The translations under genes were made by a program, and so were the position numbers. A stretch of DNA of 64,000 nucleotides, from positions 64,232,001-64,296,000 of the forward strand of contig NC_043004.1 of assembly GCF_006345805.1 (NCBI RefSeq), given 5' to 3'. Below are positions 1-11,699 of the stretch, piece after piece (positions within the stretch are counted from its first letter, which is position 1; the number at the start of each line of letters is the position of its first letter). A model generated the notes under the pieces. The model made no database searches. It had not been told where the DNA came from and was given only the letters and a program-made list of their open reading frames with translations. The stretch is from Octopus sinensis (Eukaryota).

Positions 1-590
1 TGCAGTAGCCCCGCTGCAACTAATGCCTTTTGTATGAGTTTGGTAGAAACTGTACGGAAGCCTATCGTATAAATATGTGCGCTAGCCACTAACTTTTTTA
101 TTTTCTCTCCCTGTTTATTTCTGTGTTCCTTTCTGTCGAAGAGCGTAGGCTCGAAACGTAAAAGACTTTTGGTTTAAAATAGACGATGAGCGATGGTTAG
201 AAGAATATTGAGGTTTATTTGATAACCAGTTGATCTAGCAAGCGGGGCCTCATATCAGTAAGGGGTCGGTGCCCACTGATGCCGTTGAGAGGTAGGCCCT
301 GAAACGGCGAGCATTCTCTCCGGATTACCCCATACACTTGCTGGCTTCCGGTATGCGGAGTTCTCGACTAGTAGCACTTGCATGCGCAAGTTGTTTGCAA
401 ACCATCCGACCCCCATCCCACTCGCAACAGCTTAGCAACTACAAGCATTTCGGCAAAAGTGACCGTTGTTATAAGTACCTGTCTTACAGAAGAATAAATA
501 TTGGGTTGATTTTTTTCTACTGAAACCCTTCAAGGCAGTGCCCCAGAATGGCCGCACTCCAATGATTGATACAAATAAAAGCTAAAACAT
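1..590 (+). mobile_element. SINE family A copy, interrupted by a ~350-bp insertion (about 85-430)
   Basis: Family A mid-body at 1-80 (tttggtagaaactg..gaagcc); body resumes near 430 (ttcggcaaaagtgaccg..ataagtac) and ends with the gccccagaatggccgca tail. Confidence 0.75.
129..164 (+). ncRNA. Minimal type-I hammerhead-like motif with a core variant (CUGUCGA)
   Basis: cttt-CTGTCGA-a-gagc/gtag/gctc-GAAAC-GT-A-aaag: 4-bp stem I, 4-bp stem II with tetraloop, GUA cleavage triplet; A6 is replaced by U. Confidence 0.5.
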
Positions 591-596
591 AAACAG

Positions 597-748
597 ACGT
601 GGCTGTGTGATAAGAAGCTTGCTTCCCAACCACATGGTTCCGGGTTGTCACATTGCGTGGCACCATTGGCAAGTGTCTTCTACTATAACCTCAGGGCGAC
701 CAAAACCTTGTAAGTGGATTTCGTCCACGGAAACTGAAAGAAGCCCGT

Positions 749-810
<62 letters not shown>

Positions 811-1045
811 GTGTGTGTGTGTGTGTGTGTGTGTCTTTGTGCATGTGTTTATCTCCCATCACCGCTTGACAATCGGTGTCGGGGCGTTTACATACCCGTA
901 ACTTAACAGTTCGGTAAAAGGAATCGATAGAATAAATAACATGCTTTAAAAAAACAATACTGATGTAGATTCATTCGACTGTAAAAATCTTCCATGCGGT
1001 GCCCCAGCATGGCCGCAGTCTAATCACTGAAACAAGTAAAGGGTG
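597..1045 (+). mobile_element. SINE family A, near full length, with internal (TA)n(TG)n
   Basis: tRNA-like head ggctgtgtgataagaagcttgc..ggttccgggtt; shared body and tail (ccccagcatggccgcagtc..gaaacaagtaaa) seen about 20 times in the window. Confidence 0.9.
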
Positions 1046-1624
1046 ATGAAAAGAAGTTTCTCTTACCATCCCTCACCTAAAACTACTACTACTACTACTG
1101 CGTGTAGTGAGTGTTACGCTCTTTCCCTTGCATGTAACAACTACAACCAACTATATTGTTTACAAAAACTCTCTCCAAAAGCCTCTCCTTCCAGGAAATA
1201 AGAATCGCATTACACTTTCCTTCAGTGCCTGACAAATGTGTCAGATTTTTTACATATAAAACTCCTATCCTGTCTCTGCCTCCCACTAGTTCTCCGTCTC
1301 TCCTTTCTCCCTATCTCTCCCACCCCTTCACTATCTACTGTCTTCATTTTTTCTTTTTTTCTCCCCTCGTTCTTCGGCTCTCTTTTTTCTTTTCACCAAT
1401 CTTTCTCTTTGCTGATGCTGCGAATGTACTGCAACGTTTCCTGTCTCTTAAACACGCTCGTCAGTTTAATGAATTCGCTTATCTGCCGTCTGTTAGACAT
1501 TAGACTAAAAACTTTTGTTATTTGGTACAAGCCACCTATCAAAATAAAAGAAAAATGATGTTTCTATACAACAGAGAGAACATTTAGAAATGTGCCAACT
1601 GGTGCAAACAGGAAAATATAACTC

Positions 1625-1770
1625 AAAGCGTGTTTTTCGTCCGTCTTTTCGTTCTAAGTTCAAATACCGCCGAGATCGACTTTGCCTTCCATCCTTTCGG
1701 GGTCGATAAAATAAGCACCAGTCGTTACAGGGGTTGATGTAATCGACTAAACCACTTGTTTGAAATTGCT
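1625..1770 (+). mobile_element. SINE family B copy
   Basis: gttcaaataccgccgagatcgactttgccttccatcctttcggggtcgataaa core. Confidence 0.85.
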
Positions 1771-1819
1771 GACTCTGTGCCAAAGTTTGAAACCAATAAT
1801 AATAATAATAATAATAATA

Positions 1820-1997
1820 ACAAACCTTTCTACTCTAGGCACAAGGCCTGAAATTTGGGGTATCGACCGCAGTATGCAACTGTTACTTAATTTATCGACC
1901 ACGAAAGGATGAAAGGCAAAGTCGACCTCGGTGGAATTTGAACTCAGAACGTAAAGACAGACGCCCGGTGTGCTAACGTTTCTGCCAGCTCGCCGCC

Positions 1998-1999
<2 letters not shown>
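1820..1999 (-). mobile_element. SINE family B copy flanked by (AAT)n
   Basis: Reverse complement of the B head (ggcggcgagctggcagaaacgttagcac) and core; (AAT)n at about 1797-1820 and 2000-2060. Confidence 0.85.
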
Positions 2000-2061
<62 letters not shown>

Positions 2062-2751
2062 TAATTGGCAAAAGTTAGAGTGACTCAAGGATCATGAGTT
2101 TCGTCCATTGGCTCTTATCAATGCCAAATACAAGAAACTCCAGGCTCTTGAGTCACTCTGTAACCTCTGCCATTAATTAACTGATTAATTAATTGTATGT
2201 ATATATATATATATAAATAATCATTTACATGGCACCTTGGGCTGTGTAATGTTTTCCGTAGCATCAGTTCGGTTGATGCTTTGTGAGTGAAATTGCCCAG
2301 ACGAAAACTGTAGAAGCCTTTCCTTTTTAAGACGACAGTTGTAATGGCTCGAGGGATATTTGGCTGCTGTTTCTAGTATGTCGATCGACCACACAAGCCC
2401 TCTCACTGGCCTGATTATCATCACTACGTCTGTTATAGACGTTACGGGTGATGCAGGAGTGGATCATTACTCTGTCTCCATGTCGACAATGACCTAGAGA
2501 CTTCTTCGATCGCCTTTATTTTCCCTTTGTTTTTTGTTTTTGTGCGTGAGAGTGTTTTATTAGTTGTTGTTCTTTTTTTCTTTTCACTTCATTGACAAAA
2601 TATTTGTTAATTATTTACAGCGTAAAAACTGAAATCCTTTTGATGGAATACATCGCACAGTTATTATGATATAAAGCGGGGGAGTATAAAGAATAAACGC
2701 GATGAAATAAGAAGAAATCTGAGAAAATAAGCAAAATGACAGGCACGGCAC

Positions 2752-2945
2752 AGGCACGGCTGTATGGTTAAGAAGCTCCCTTTGCAGCCACGAGATGTCA
2801 GGTTCAATCCCACTGCATAGCTTCTTGGGCAAGTGCCTTTTATGCCTTGTAAGCGAATTTGGTAGACAGAAACCATGTAGAAGTCCGTTGTAGATGTGCG
2901 TGCGTGCGTGTGTGTGTGTGTGTGTGTGTGATATACATATCACAA
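2752..2945 (+). mobile_element. SINE family A, 5' half
   Basis: ggctgtatggttaagaagct..ggttcaatcccactgc..tttggtagacagaaacc followed by (TG)n. Confidence 0.75.
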
Positions 2946-3428
2946 ACATGTGTGTGATGAATATAATCCTTTGTGATCATTTCCAATAATTTCATTATTT
3001 AAAGATGCAATACTCACGTGTATTTTAAACTAAATAGACCAGTTATCTTAATGACACAACATTTGTGAAGCGAAATTTCAATTACTTCCTACTGCTCTCC
3101 CCTCTCATGCATACACACCTACTCATTTTATGAGCAACTCAGGGTTTTTTTTAACCTATACAACTACCTTCATCCCTCATGCTTTTAACAATACTTTTTC
3201 CGGCAACACATCGCATCGCAAGTGCAATTCAATTTGTGACAGTAGGGGAGAAGGTTTAGTCTCCTGAAAACTTAACCTTTAACCTTGTTTTCAATGTTTA
3301 TGTATCAGCTGTGTAAAAATGTTCAATACTTAGAATTTTTATCATCAGATTTCTAAAGAAGCACTGTATTTTATAGTAACCCTATCATTCCCTTAAATAG
3401 ACAAAGGGCTCAAACAGTTAACAATTAC

Positions 3429-3658
3429 CTATCTAAAGATATCAGATACTTAACATTTAACCGGTTTGCTGTTGAAAGCAGCCTCGTACTTAAGTTTTTC
3501 GTAATCAAATATAGAAAAAGGTACAAAGCGTGATGTTCAGATTGTGTACACAAAACTATATTGTTTGCATCGAATGAAACATAAAAGTCCTGGGTATTTG
3601 ACGGATCGGTTGAATAGCCAGAGTTGAAGACTATGTGTCCGGGTGTGACTTGGTATGA
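3429..3658 (-). CDS. Weak candidate coding exon (SYQVTPGHIVFNSGYSTDPSNTQDFYVSFDANNIVLC...)
   Basis: 76 open codons in non-repetitive DNA between tatatccag| and AG|GTAATT on the minus strand; no protein family recognised. Confidence 0.2.
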
Positions 3659-3714
3659 CTGGATATAAAACACTTTGTTATTGTGAGCTAATGAAAACCC
3701 CTCTCATTCGTAGT

Positions 3715-4052
3715 TGCACTGTGCAGCGCTTTGGCCAAGTGTCTTCTACAATAGTTCCGGGCCGATTGATGCCTTCTGAGTGAATTTGGTAGACGGAAAC
3801 TACGTAGAAGCCCGTCGTATATTTGTGTGTGTGTGTGTGTGTGTGTGTGTTTGTGTTTGTTTCCTCCCTCGCTTGACAACTGGGGTTGGTGTGTTTACGT
3901 CCTTAACTTAACAGTTCGGCTAAAGAGCCCGGCAGAATATGTACCAGACTTTTTTTTAAAGAATGAATACTAGAGACGACTTGTTTGAGTAAACCCTTTA
4001 ATGCAGTGCCCCAGCATGGTCGCAGTCCAATGATTAAAACAAATAAAAGATA
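3715..4052 (+). mobile_element. SINE family A, 5'-truncated
   Basis: ttggccaagtgtcttctac..ggtagacggaaac..(TG)n..cagcatggtcgcagtcc. Confidence 0.85.
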
Positions 4053-4428
4053 GACAGACACATACATACATACATACATACATACATACATACATACATA
4101 CATACATACATACATACATGCATGCATACATACACAGCCCGACAAACAGACAGAAAGTAGGATAAAATATCTCATTGGTTGTTAGGTACACAAAGTGGTC
4201 GCATTATATATGAGACTGCATCGTAGTTGGATAAATACGAATGTCAAATCTACAAACTATAAATGACCATCTTGAAAAGGAAAGGATTCGTTGGATTATC
4301 TAATTTGGAGTACAATATGGCAGAAGAATAAAAACCAATGGATGGATTGTTATGACTGAAATGTCTTTAATCATTGCTATGATCGATCAAGATTAACCAG
4401 GGGTTGAACAACAACAGCAGCAGCATCT

Positions 4429-4997
4429 GTGGAGGCGCAAGGGCCCAGTGGTTAGGGCAGCAGACTCACAGTCGTAAGAACGCGGTTTCGATTCCCAGAC
4501 CAAGCATTGTAAGCTCCATGAGGCTCCAGTGTGGGTAGTGGTGAACCCCGCGGCATTCTTTCACCACAACTTTCTCTCAATCTTTCTTCCTACTTCTGCT
4601 ACAAAGCAGAGGAACCATGGTGTAACCCACTATGGTGTGGTAAACTTTCAGACCCTAGTCTAGATTGTGAATCCTCTGTACCCCAGGATGGTTCAGCTCT
4701 CCACCCGTTAAAAGCCACCGTTTAGGGAATGAGGATAACAACGTAGCTTTAGCGCCCATGCAACCGCCAGTCTATCGCGTGTGGTGGGTGGATCTTCAAG
4801 TTGCCACACGCATTCTTAGTAGTTTAGAGTAGGCTCGAATTGGAGATTATTCTTTGTGGCTAATGGCGTGAGTCCTGATTAGAAGAAGAAGAAGAAGAAG
4901 AAGAAGAAGAAGAAGAAGAAGAAGAAGAAGAAGAAGAAGAAAAGAAGAAGAAGAAGAAGAAGAAGAAGAAGAAGAAGAAGAAGAAGAAGAAGAAAGA
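4429..4997 (+). mobile_element. SINE family D, tail type 1, ending in (AGA)n
   Basis: Head ggaggcgcaa.ggcccagtggttagggcagc..gtttcgattcccagacc; distinct 3' body 4600-4880; (AGA)n about 4881-4997. Confidence 0.8.
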
Positions 4998-5264
4998 AAG
5001 CAGCAGCATCTTCTATGAACGATGTGTCTTGAATACTGACCAAGCTTATAAAAAAATAGCGCGTAAATAAAATAGGGTAAAAAAAAAATAAAAGGCGGAA
5101 AGCGACCTGTTGGATTTGAACCCGTCATCAACTGTTAACTCCATGGTCAGGAGTAATTCTTCTGACATTGTCTAATTCTTCTGACATTGTCTAAGATCGT
5201 GTGTTGACCATAAAAGTTATAACTATTGAAGACTGACAAATAGCCGCATCACACCCATAACATG

Positions 5265-5790
5265 TGTGTAAGTCATTTGATTACGGCCATGCAGGGGTAT
5301 CGCCTTGAAGGGTTTAGTCGGACAAATGGACACCAGTACTCCCTTTTTTTTAATCTAAGTCTAATACTTAGTCTATCGGTCTGGTTTGCCGTACCGCTAA
5401 GTTACAGGGGACGTAAATAAACCAACACCGGTTGTTAGGTGGTGGTGGTGGTGGTGAGAGACAAACACTAACATAAAGAAAAGCCAACGCCCACACACGC
5501 ATGGCGGCGGTAAAGAATACGCACACCACCCGTTTTCGGTGTAACCTTAACCTTAAACACCGATGTGCGTATTCTTTACCCCCCCCCACACACACACACA
5601 CACTCACACGCACGCACACGCACACACACACACACGACTGGCTTCTTTCAGTTTTCAGTTTCCGCCTACCAAATGCATTCACAAAGTTTTGGTCGAACCA
5701 GGGCTATAGCAGATGACACCTAAAACGTCATGTTGGAGGATTGAACCCCGAACCATGTGATTGGGAAGCCAGCATGCCACATACCCGTTG
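5265..5790 (-). mobile_element. SINE family A copy carrying a hairpin insert
   Basis: Reverse complement of the family A tail, body and head. Confidence 0.85.
5509..5580. mobile_element. 72-bp hairpin / micro-MITE
   Basis: Perfect 17-bp inverted repeat ggtaaagaatacgcaca / tgtgcgtattctttacc; inner stem tcggtgt/acaccga around the loop aaccttaaccttaa. Confidence 0.65.
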
Positions 5791-5880
5791 CTTAAGTCGA
5801 TTGCATGGACCCCAAGTGCTCACCTGCTACTTATTTTATGGACCCCGAAAAAAAATGAAATGGACCTCTTTAAGGAGTAT

Positions 5881-6236
5881 TATTTCAAATTTTTGGCACA
5901 GGGGCAGCTTGGGGGATTGAGGATTTGTCGATTACATCGACCTCAGTATTCAACGACCTCGAAAGGTTGAAAGGCAAAGTCGACCTTGGCGGAATTTGAA
6001 CTCAGAACGTAGCGATGGGCGAAATACCTATTTCTTTACTGCCCACAAGGGGCTGAACACAGAGAGGACAAGGAAGGACAGACAAACGGATTAAGTCGAT
6101 TACTTAATTTATCGAACCCGAAAGGATGAAAGGCAAAGTCGTCCTCGGCGGAATTTGAACTCAGAACGCAACGGCAGACGAAATACAGCTACGCATTTCG
6201 CCCGGCGTGCTAACGTTTCTGCCAGCTCGCCGCCTT
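5881..6236 (-). mobile_element. Two adjacent or nested SINE family B copies
   Basis: Two aaaggcaaagtcg..cggaatttgaactcagaacg cores; junction at gaaatacc|tatttc. Confidence 0.85.
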
Positions 6237-6593
6237 ATTTAAAGAGGTATTAAGACACTGTATCCATTTAGATTTCTTTGTGCGATACCATTGCATACGA
6301 TAATGCTTGAAATAATTTTATTTTAAGGTAGTGTAATATACTATAGAACGTCAGAATGTTTTTGTACTACAGTCACTTGTGTAGTCAGCTTCATAATTCA
6401 ACTCTATCGCAATTTGAAATGCGAAACTATGGTATGTATACATATCAAAAGTGTTGTAATATTAAAAGTTTTCTGTTACGCGGATTAACATAGCAGACAG
6501 TTGCACTAATTACTCTTCAAGACAAATTATCAGGTGAAACTAATTTATATTTTAATTATAGTTATTATATTTTAGTTCTTTATCTGAACGTAA

Positions 6594-7207
6594 GGATCTT
6601 TTCCTTTTGAACGGCAGTTTTCAACACAATTTCTAGTTAACTAAACACTTTTAAACTTCGTATACTGGTAGAATGTGTTTATAAAACATCATTTTCTCTT
6701 GGTTTTATTGAGAAAATTCTATAGTTTGTAAGATATTTCGTCTGAAAATCCGAGCATTTCGGCAATTTTAACCAATCGATTACCTCCATTCAACTAAAAT
6801 CATTTGCTGCGTCTAAAACTGAGACAACATCCTGTAACTAACCCTAAACCTAACTTTTTTTTCTTAATTGTTAAATTGATTTAATTCCATTGCTTTAGTT
6901 TTTTTTACACGCGTAACAATTAAATTAATTTAACAATTAAGAAAAAAAAGTTAGGGTTAGGGGGGAGGTTTAGGGTTAGTTACATGATGTTGTCTCAGTT
7001 TTAGACGCAGCAAATGATTTTAGCTCAAAAGAGAGCATAGGATTGGTTAAAATTCGAAAAATTAAACCACGTTAAACAAACAAATTACAATTTTCTCAAG
7101 AAAGCCAAGAGAAAAAAATGTTTTATTTTGACACATTCTACCAGTATACGATGTTTTAAAGTGTTTAGTTAACTAGAAATTGTCTGCCGTTCAAAAGGAA
7201 AAGATCC
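6594..7207. mobile_element. 614-bp foldback MITE, almost entirely palindromic
   Basis: Ends ggatcttttccttttgaacggcag / ctgccgttcaaaaggaaaagatcc; arms remain complementary for about 290 bp up to a ~30-nt central loop (6887-6917). Confidence 0.9.
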
Positions 7208-7235
7208 AATGTCTAACTGCCTTACTATATTATAT

Positions 7236-7285
<50 letters not shown>

Positions 7286-7530
7286 GTACTTTTATCTCGT
7301 ATTTATTTCGTTCACATAAATGCTGCGCTGACATCTTGAATACATTTTCAACACAAACAGACATGGAGAACACAGGAAAATTAATTTCTTGTTTTGACGA
7401 TAGTTCTTATATTGTTTCTGTTCGACTTAGTTGTAACTATCTTAAATGTATAACGTCCGTCAGTTTGGGTTGTATTGTGTATCCTAATTTTCTCTATATC
7501 TCGTGCATAATACTCAATTTTCTTTCACAG

Positions 7531-7648
7531 GGAGTGCTTAGTAATAGAGAATTATTTATTAAGGCGAAGCTGGTAAATCATTCGAGCAGCTCGTCAGATT
7601 TGCCCTTCTTGAGCGTATAAAAGCAGAGAACTTCCAATACCAGTAACA
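7531..7648 (+). other. Candidate non-coding or UTR exon
   Basis: Strong acceptor aattttctttcacag| and donor aaca|GTGAGT; stop codons in all three frames. Confidence 0.2.
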
Positions 7649-7698
7649 GTGAGTTACTAACCCGCAATTATTTATATATATAAATTATACTCAGCAGT

Positions 7699-7943
7699 AA
7701 AGGCAAATTCACTGCACGTACCGTGGAGAAAAGGTTCTCCCTTAGTAGGGATTGAAACACTGTGTCTGTCCAATGTTGCACCCTTTCGGATTCCCAAATA
7801 TGCTTCAAGCTCTAACGGCTAAAGAACTAGAAAGGCGACTGGGAATCTGGCGGTACACAGCACTGGACAGATATGCTGTACGTACACCTTTTTACCATAA
7901 GAGAAATTTTTCTCTCTACGATAACTGCAGTGAATTTGCCTTT
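7699..7943. mobile_element. MITE with 18-bp perfect TIRs
   Basis: aaaggcaaattcactgca / tgcagtgaatttgccttt, with further imperfect subterminal complementarity; TSD not clear. Confidence 0.8.
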
Positions 7944-9200
7944 TGAAGTATGTCACGAACATATTTTAACTAACCTTAAGTTCGCATACACACACCCCCG
8001 TGCCAATTCATTACGCCCGTTTCGAGCGACTCCTTTAATTGATCAATGAAAGCATTACACCATTACAAAGAAAGCCGTTCTCGTCAGATGACCGCATAGA
8101 CTTTCAAGCATAAAGGACATGTTAGATATCTAAACATATTCATATCATCAATAGAAAGCAAATATTTACAATGATTCCGCTGCTAAATATTTTGGTAGAA
8201 TGAAAAAACGACTGTACAGCGACAGGAGACTATAAAGTCAAGTTATTCTGCTAAGTGGGATAACTTAAAGAAAATTCGTTTCTCTATGAGAAATTTGGAG
8301 ATTCTTTCTCTACTTATTCTATTTTTATACTTACTAAACGTAGCCATATTGCAGAGAAAAATCTCTTCAGTGGAAAAAAATCAGTTCTTAATAATACCAA
8401 CAAATCCACATTTATCATGCCGAAATCATATCGGAAATCTTATTTTTACATGTAAAAAAAATTAATATATTTAAGTTTTATTTTATTTCACCTAAAATCT
8501 TTTTTTTTTCTTCTTTTTTTGTATTATCTTATAAATATAACTCATATCCGGTCAATGTAGAATGCTCTCCACCGGAAGTAATGGTTGAGCTTTTTATACG
8601 AATGAAATGTGCATTTGATATATATTTACATACACACACACACACACATAGGCTGCTTCTGTCAGTTTTACTTATTTTATTTCTGTTTTTCAACACTATC
8701 GTTTACCCGAGAAACGCCAGATTATTTACTATTAATCTTAATTATCAGTCAAATGAAGATACCAAGTGTATAACATTTAAGTTATCATTCACTTAAAGTA
8801 TATAGTTACTCAACAATAAATTGTTGTTGATGAAACTATATTTATTTATTTCTTTATTAAATCTTGTAATCTGAGTAGATGTCCCCTCGTCATCTGTGGG
8901 AGAGTTCAGTTTAGCTGGATATAATCTGGCCTTAAAAATTGGCGCTAAAAATTAACTCAGAAATTATATAGCTCTTTCAATTTAACACAAGTACATCTCG
9001 TTATACATAAAGTCATAATGATAATTCCGCTTGAAAAAACCTCGCCTTGTGGGATTTTTGAGTTAGTTTTGGTGTGTTTTTGCTAAGTGTTTTTAGGTGC
9101 CTATGTAATTTCAACTAGGCTTAGGGGTTTATTTTTGGAGGGTCGTCATAAGGCTCGAGTACAAACATGAATTTTCGAAACTTTCAAATTACACCATTAA

Positions 9201-9365
9201 AGATCGAAGCACACCAGATGGGTGGACACGGTTAAGGCTCAACATTACCTTGGAGAAACTCAACGTCACCTTGAAGAATGCAGAGGGGCTGACGCGAGAC
9301 CACCAGCAATGGGGTGGGGATGGTGGACCTGGTCGGCTCTACGTGCGATGACGTCTCTGAGACTG
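9201..9365 (+). mobile_element. RTE-like LINE ORF2 C-terminal fragment, frameshifted
   Basis: Pieced translation TRWVDTVK..EKLNVTLKNAEGLTRDHQQW..MVDLVGSTCDD fits the RTE C-terminal W.D.VK...A.DR..W pattern. Confidence 0.5.
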
Positions 9366-9540
9366 CTAACCTGGGATATCCCCTCCAGTCCTCTCGAGCA
9401 AGAATATGGAGAGCGAGAGAGTGCATACCTAAACAAACACTTCCCTATTACTGAGAGCCAACAGTTTTTACAAAAATATTATTAAATAAACTGTAAGCAA
9501 CGTTTACTGAGAAGCGGGTCACACGAGCCATGACTTAGAC

Positions 9541-9632
9541 CAGGCCTTGGGCACCACTAAAAACAAATTCGAGGTATTTTTCGTTAGGAGTACCATTCAG
9601 AAAGTTCGGCGGGCCGCAGTTTGCGCATGCTG
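9541..9632. mobile_element. hAT-type MITE remnant
   Basis: Ends caggccttgggca / gggccgcagtttgcgcatgctg, typical of CAG-ended hAT MITEs. Confidence 0.45.
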
Positions 9633-9999
9633 AAAATAAACTATACTCGTAAGACTGCAGACTTGCGGAATAGCTATCAATATCTCATGGGAAAAGAAAC
9701 GGACAAACAATTTGGCTGATTGTTTAATAGTTTACTAATCCTTTGGTAAAGAAGAAAAAATTGGCTGCCGACAATAGAAAAGTACCTGTAAATACCACTT
9801 GCGATGCATCGTTCAAGAATCATTGGTCCAATTTTTATTTCGTTGGTGCTTCAAATTAGTTTACAATCCAGGTATTGAAATTATTATATACAGTTTAATA
9901 ATCACTGCAAGTTGTAGCAGATATAATTGAAAACCCTAATAATAGATGGAATTAAACCATTCCCGAAACGCGGAATGCTTTACAAGGAAACCTCTTTGT

Positions 10000-10245
10000 C
10001 AGTGTTGTTTCAACTTCCTTTTTTTTTCTTTGATCCCTATTTTAATCGAGTGGATCCTCCTAGCCATTCGAGGTTTAAAAAATCCTATTCTATATTTAGA
10101 ATTAAATATTAGGAATTGTATTAAAAAATTGTTAAAATATTCTGTGTTTTGTAGAAGGAAAACCAATTTTTTTGCAGATAATTTTTAACTACAAAATCTT
10201 ATATGGAACCCCAAGGGTTATCTGGACCCTAGTTGAGAACCTCTG
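10000..10245. mobile_element. hAT-type MITE related to 19547-19876
   Basis: cagtgttgtttcaac / gttgagaacctctg ends; shares ccattc..gtttaaaaa and ggaccc..agttga motifs with the 19.5-kb copy. Confidence 0.65.
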
Positions 10246-10849
10246 AAAATAGTAACTAAAACGCTCACTCAAATTGCACCCTAAATAAAAATAGAACGTC
10301 AGATAATGTAGTCGTTGATACCCACTTAAAAAGTCGAGATGATCACAGCTGGAATACTTTTAAACATAGGTTTGCTCGATTAGAATTGCGCTATGAGGTT
10401 AAACAACAACAGCAACGGGGTATCTAGAGGTAATTTGAAACGATGTTCGTTAATTTCAACTAAAACATAAGATATTATTTACAAAGATTTTCCTTTCTAA
10501 AGGTCACAAGTGGACCATACTGTTGAAACGAGTCGTAATATTAGAAGTATGATATTGATATCAAGAGAGAACTTTTTTGTTGTTCCGTTCCTCTCCCAGT
10601 TAATGTATGTGGATGTTATCAGAATAACAGAATATCGTAAACTTCTTTCTTTTGGATATCTATAACATAACGTACCAGTTAAGCACTGAGTCGTTACAAG
10701 GGATCTATATTGTTTCCCTGAAGGAGAGGTTGCCTTGTGCTGATGTTATTTGATATTTATATTGGGTAATTGTAATCTCATTTGTACTGGAACAATCTTC
10801 TATAGAATATCCGAGTCTTCCTTTCTGATCATTTTCTGTCTGTCTCTGA

Positions 10850-11260
10850 GACACGTCTTCCTCTCTGCCTGTCTCTCGACATCTTTGTCCGTCTTTGAGA
10901 CTCCACTTTCTCTTTATCTCCAAGCTGCATTTCTCGGTCTGTCTGAGCCGCATAATTTTTGTGGTTCATCGTCTGCTTTTGAACCACGTCTCGCCCTCCA
11001 TCCTCATCTTTCTCTCTCTCGGTTTTGAGTCATTTTCCTCGGTCTCTCTCTTTCTCTAAATCACGTCTCTCTTTGTATCATAGCCATATATAAGTCTGTC
11101 TATGTTTGAGCCACGACTTGCTCTGTTTCTTGTGTTGAGCCATCTCTCTCTTTCTCTCTCTCTCACACACACACATTTGCATTCCTCGGTCTTATCAACA
11201 TCTCTCAGCCCATTTGAGCCAAGTTCGTCTCTCTGTTTCTTGAACCATGTCATTCCACCC
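10850..11260 (-). repeat. Degenerate purine-rich array with recurring gagacgtggctcaaa-like motif
   Basis: About 9 variants of the motif at irregular spacing on the minus strand; no sustained open frame. Confidence 0.45.
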
Positions 11261-11496
11261 ATCAATCGATGACGAAGTTTCTCTCTCCAAATCTACCTCA
11301 CGTGATATTCTAACAAGGCCAAAAATGCCCGCACCAACCCACCAGCTGACATTCAATAATAATAATAATAATAATGGTTTCAAAGTTTGGTAGAAGAATT
11401 ACAAGACCATTGCGGTGATGCTAATGATGTTGCGTAGATGAAAATGTTTTGTTTTCTTTGTTTTGTCTCTATTTTTGGCGGGTTTTTTTAGAGTAC

Positions 11497-11614
11497 ATGG
11501 ACCCCAAAAGGATGAAAGGCAAAGTCGGCCTCGGCGCGCAGAGACGGGCAAAATGCCGAAATGCCGCTAAGCATTTTGTCAGGCGTATTAACGGTTCTGC
11601 GAGCCCGCTGCCTT
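11497..11614 (-). mobile_element. SINE family B, partial
   Basis: ggatgaaaggcaaagtcggcctcggcg..ccgctaagcattttg..ccgctgcctt. Confidence 0.8.
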
Positions 11615-11699
11615 AATAATCTGGACTGATCGCGTACGGCTGTTAATCATTTTGATCAAAGGTCGGCTCCATCAATGCCGACCTTGGGTTAAACAAACG

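Noticed and set aside
5095-5150. tRNA genes suggested by A/B-box motifs here and at SINE heads
   Set aside because: Only a B-box-like fragment (gggttcaaatcc on the minus strand); no cloverleaf can be completed, and SINE heads run into repeat bodies
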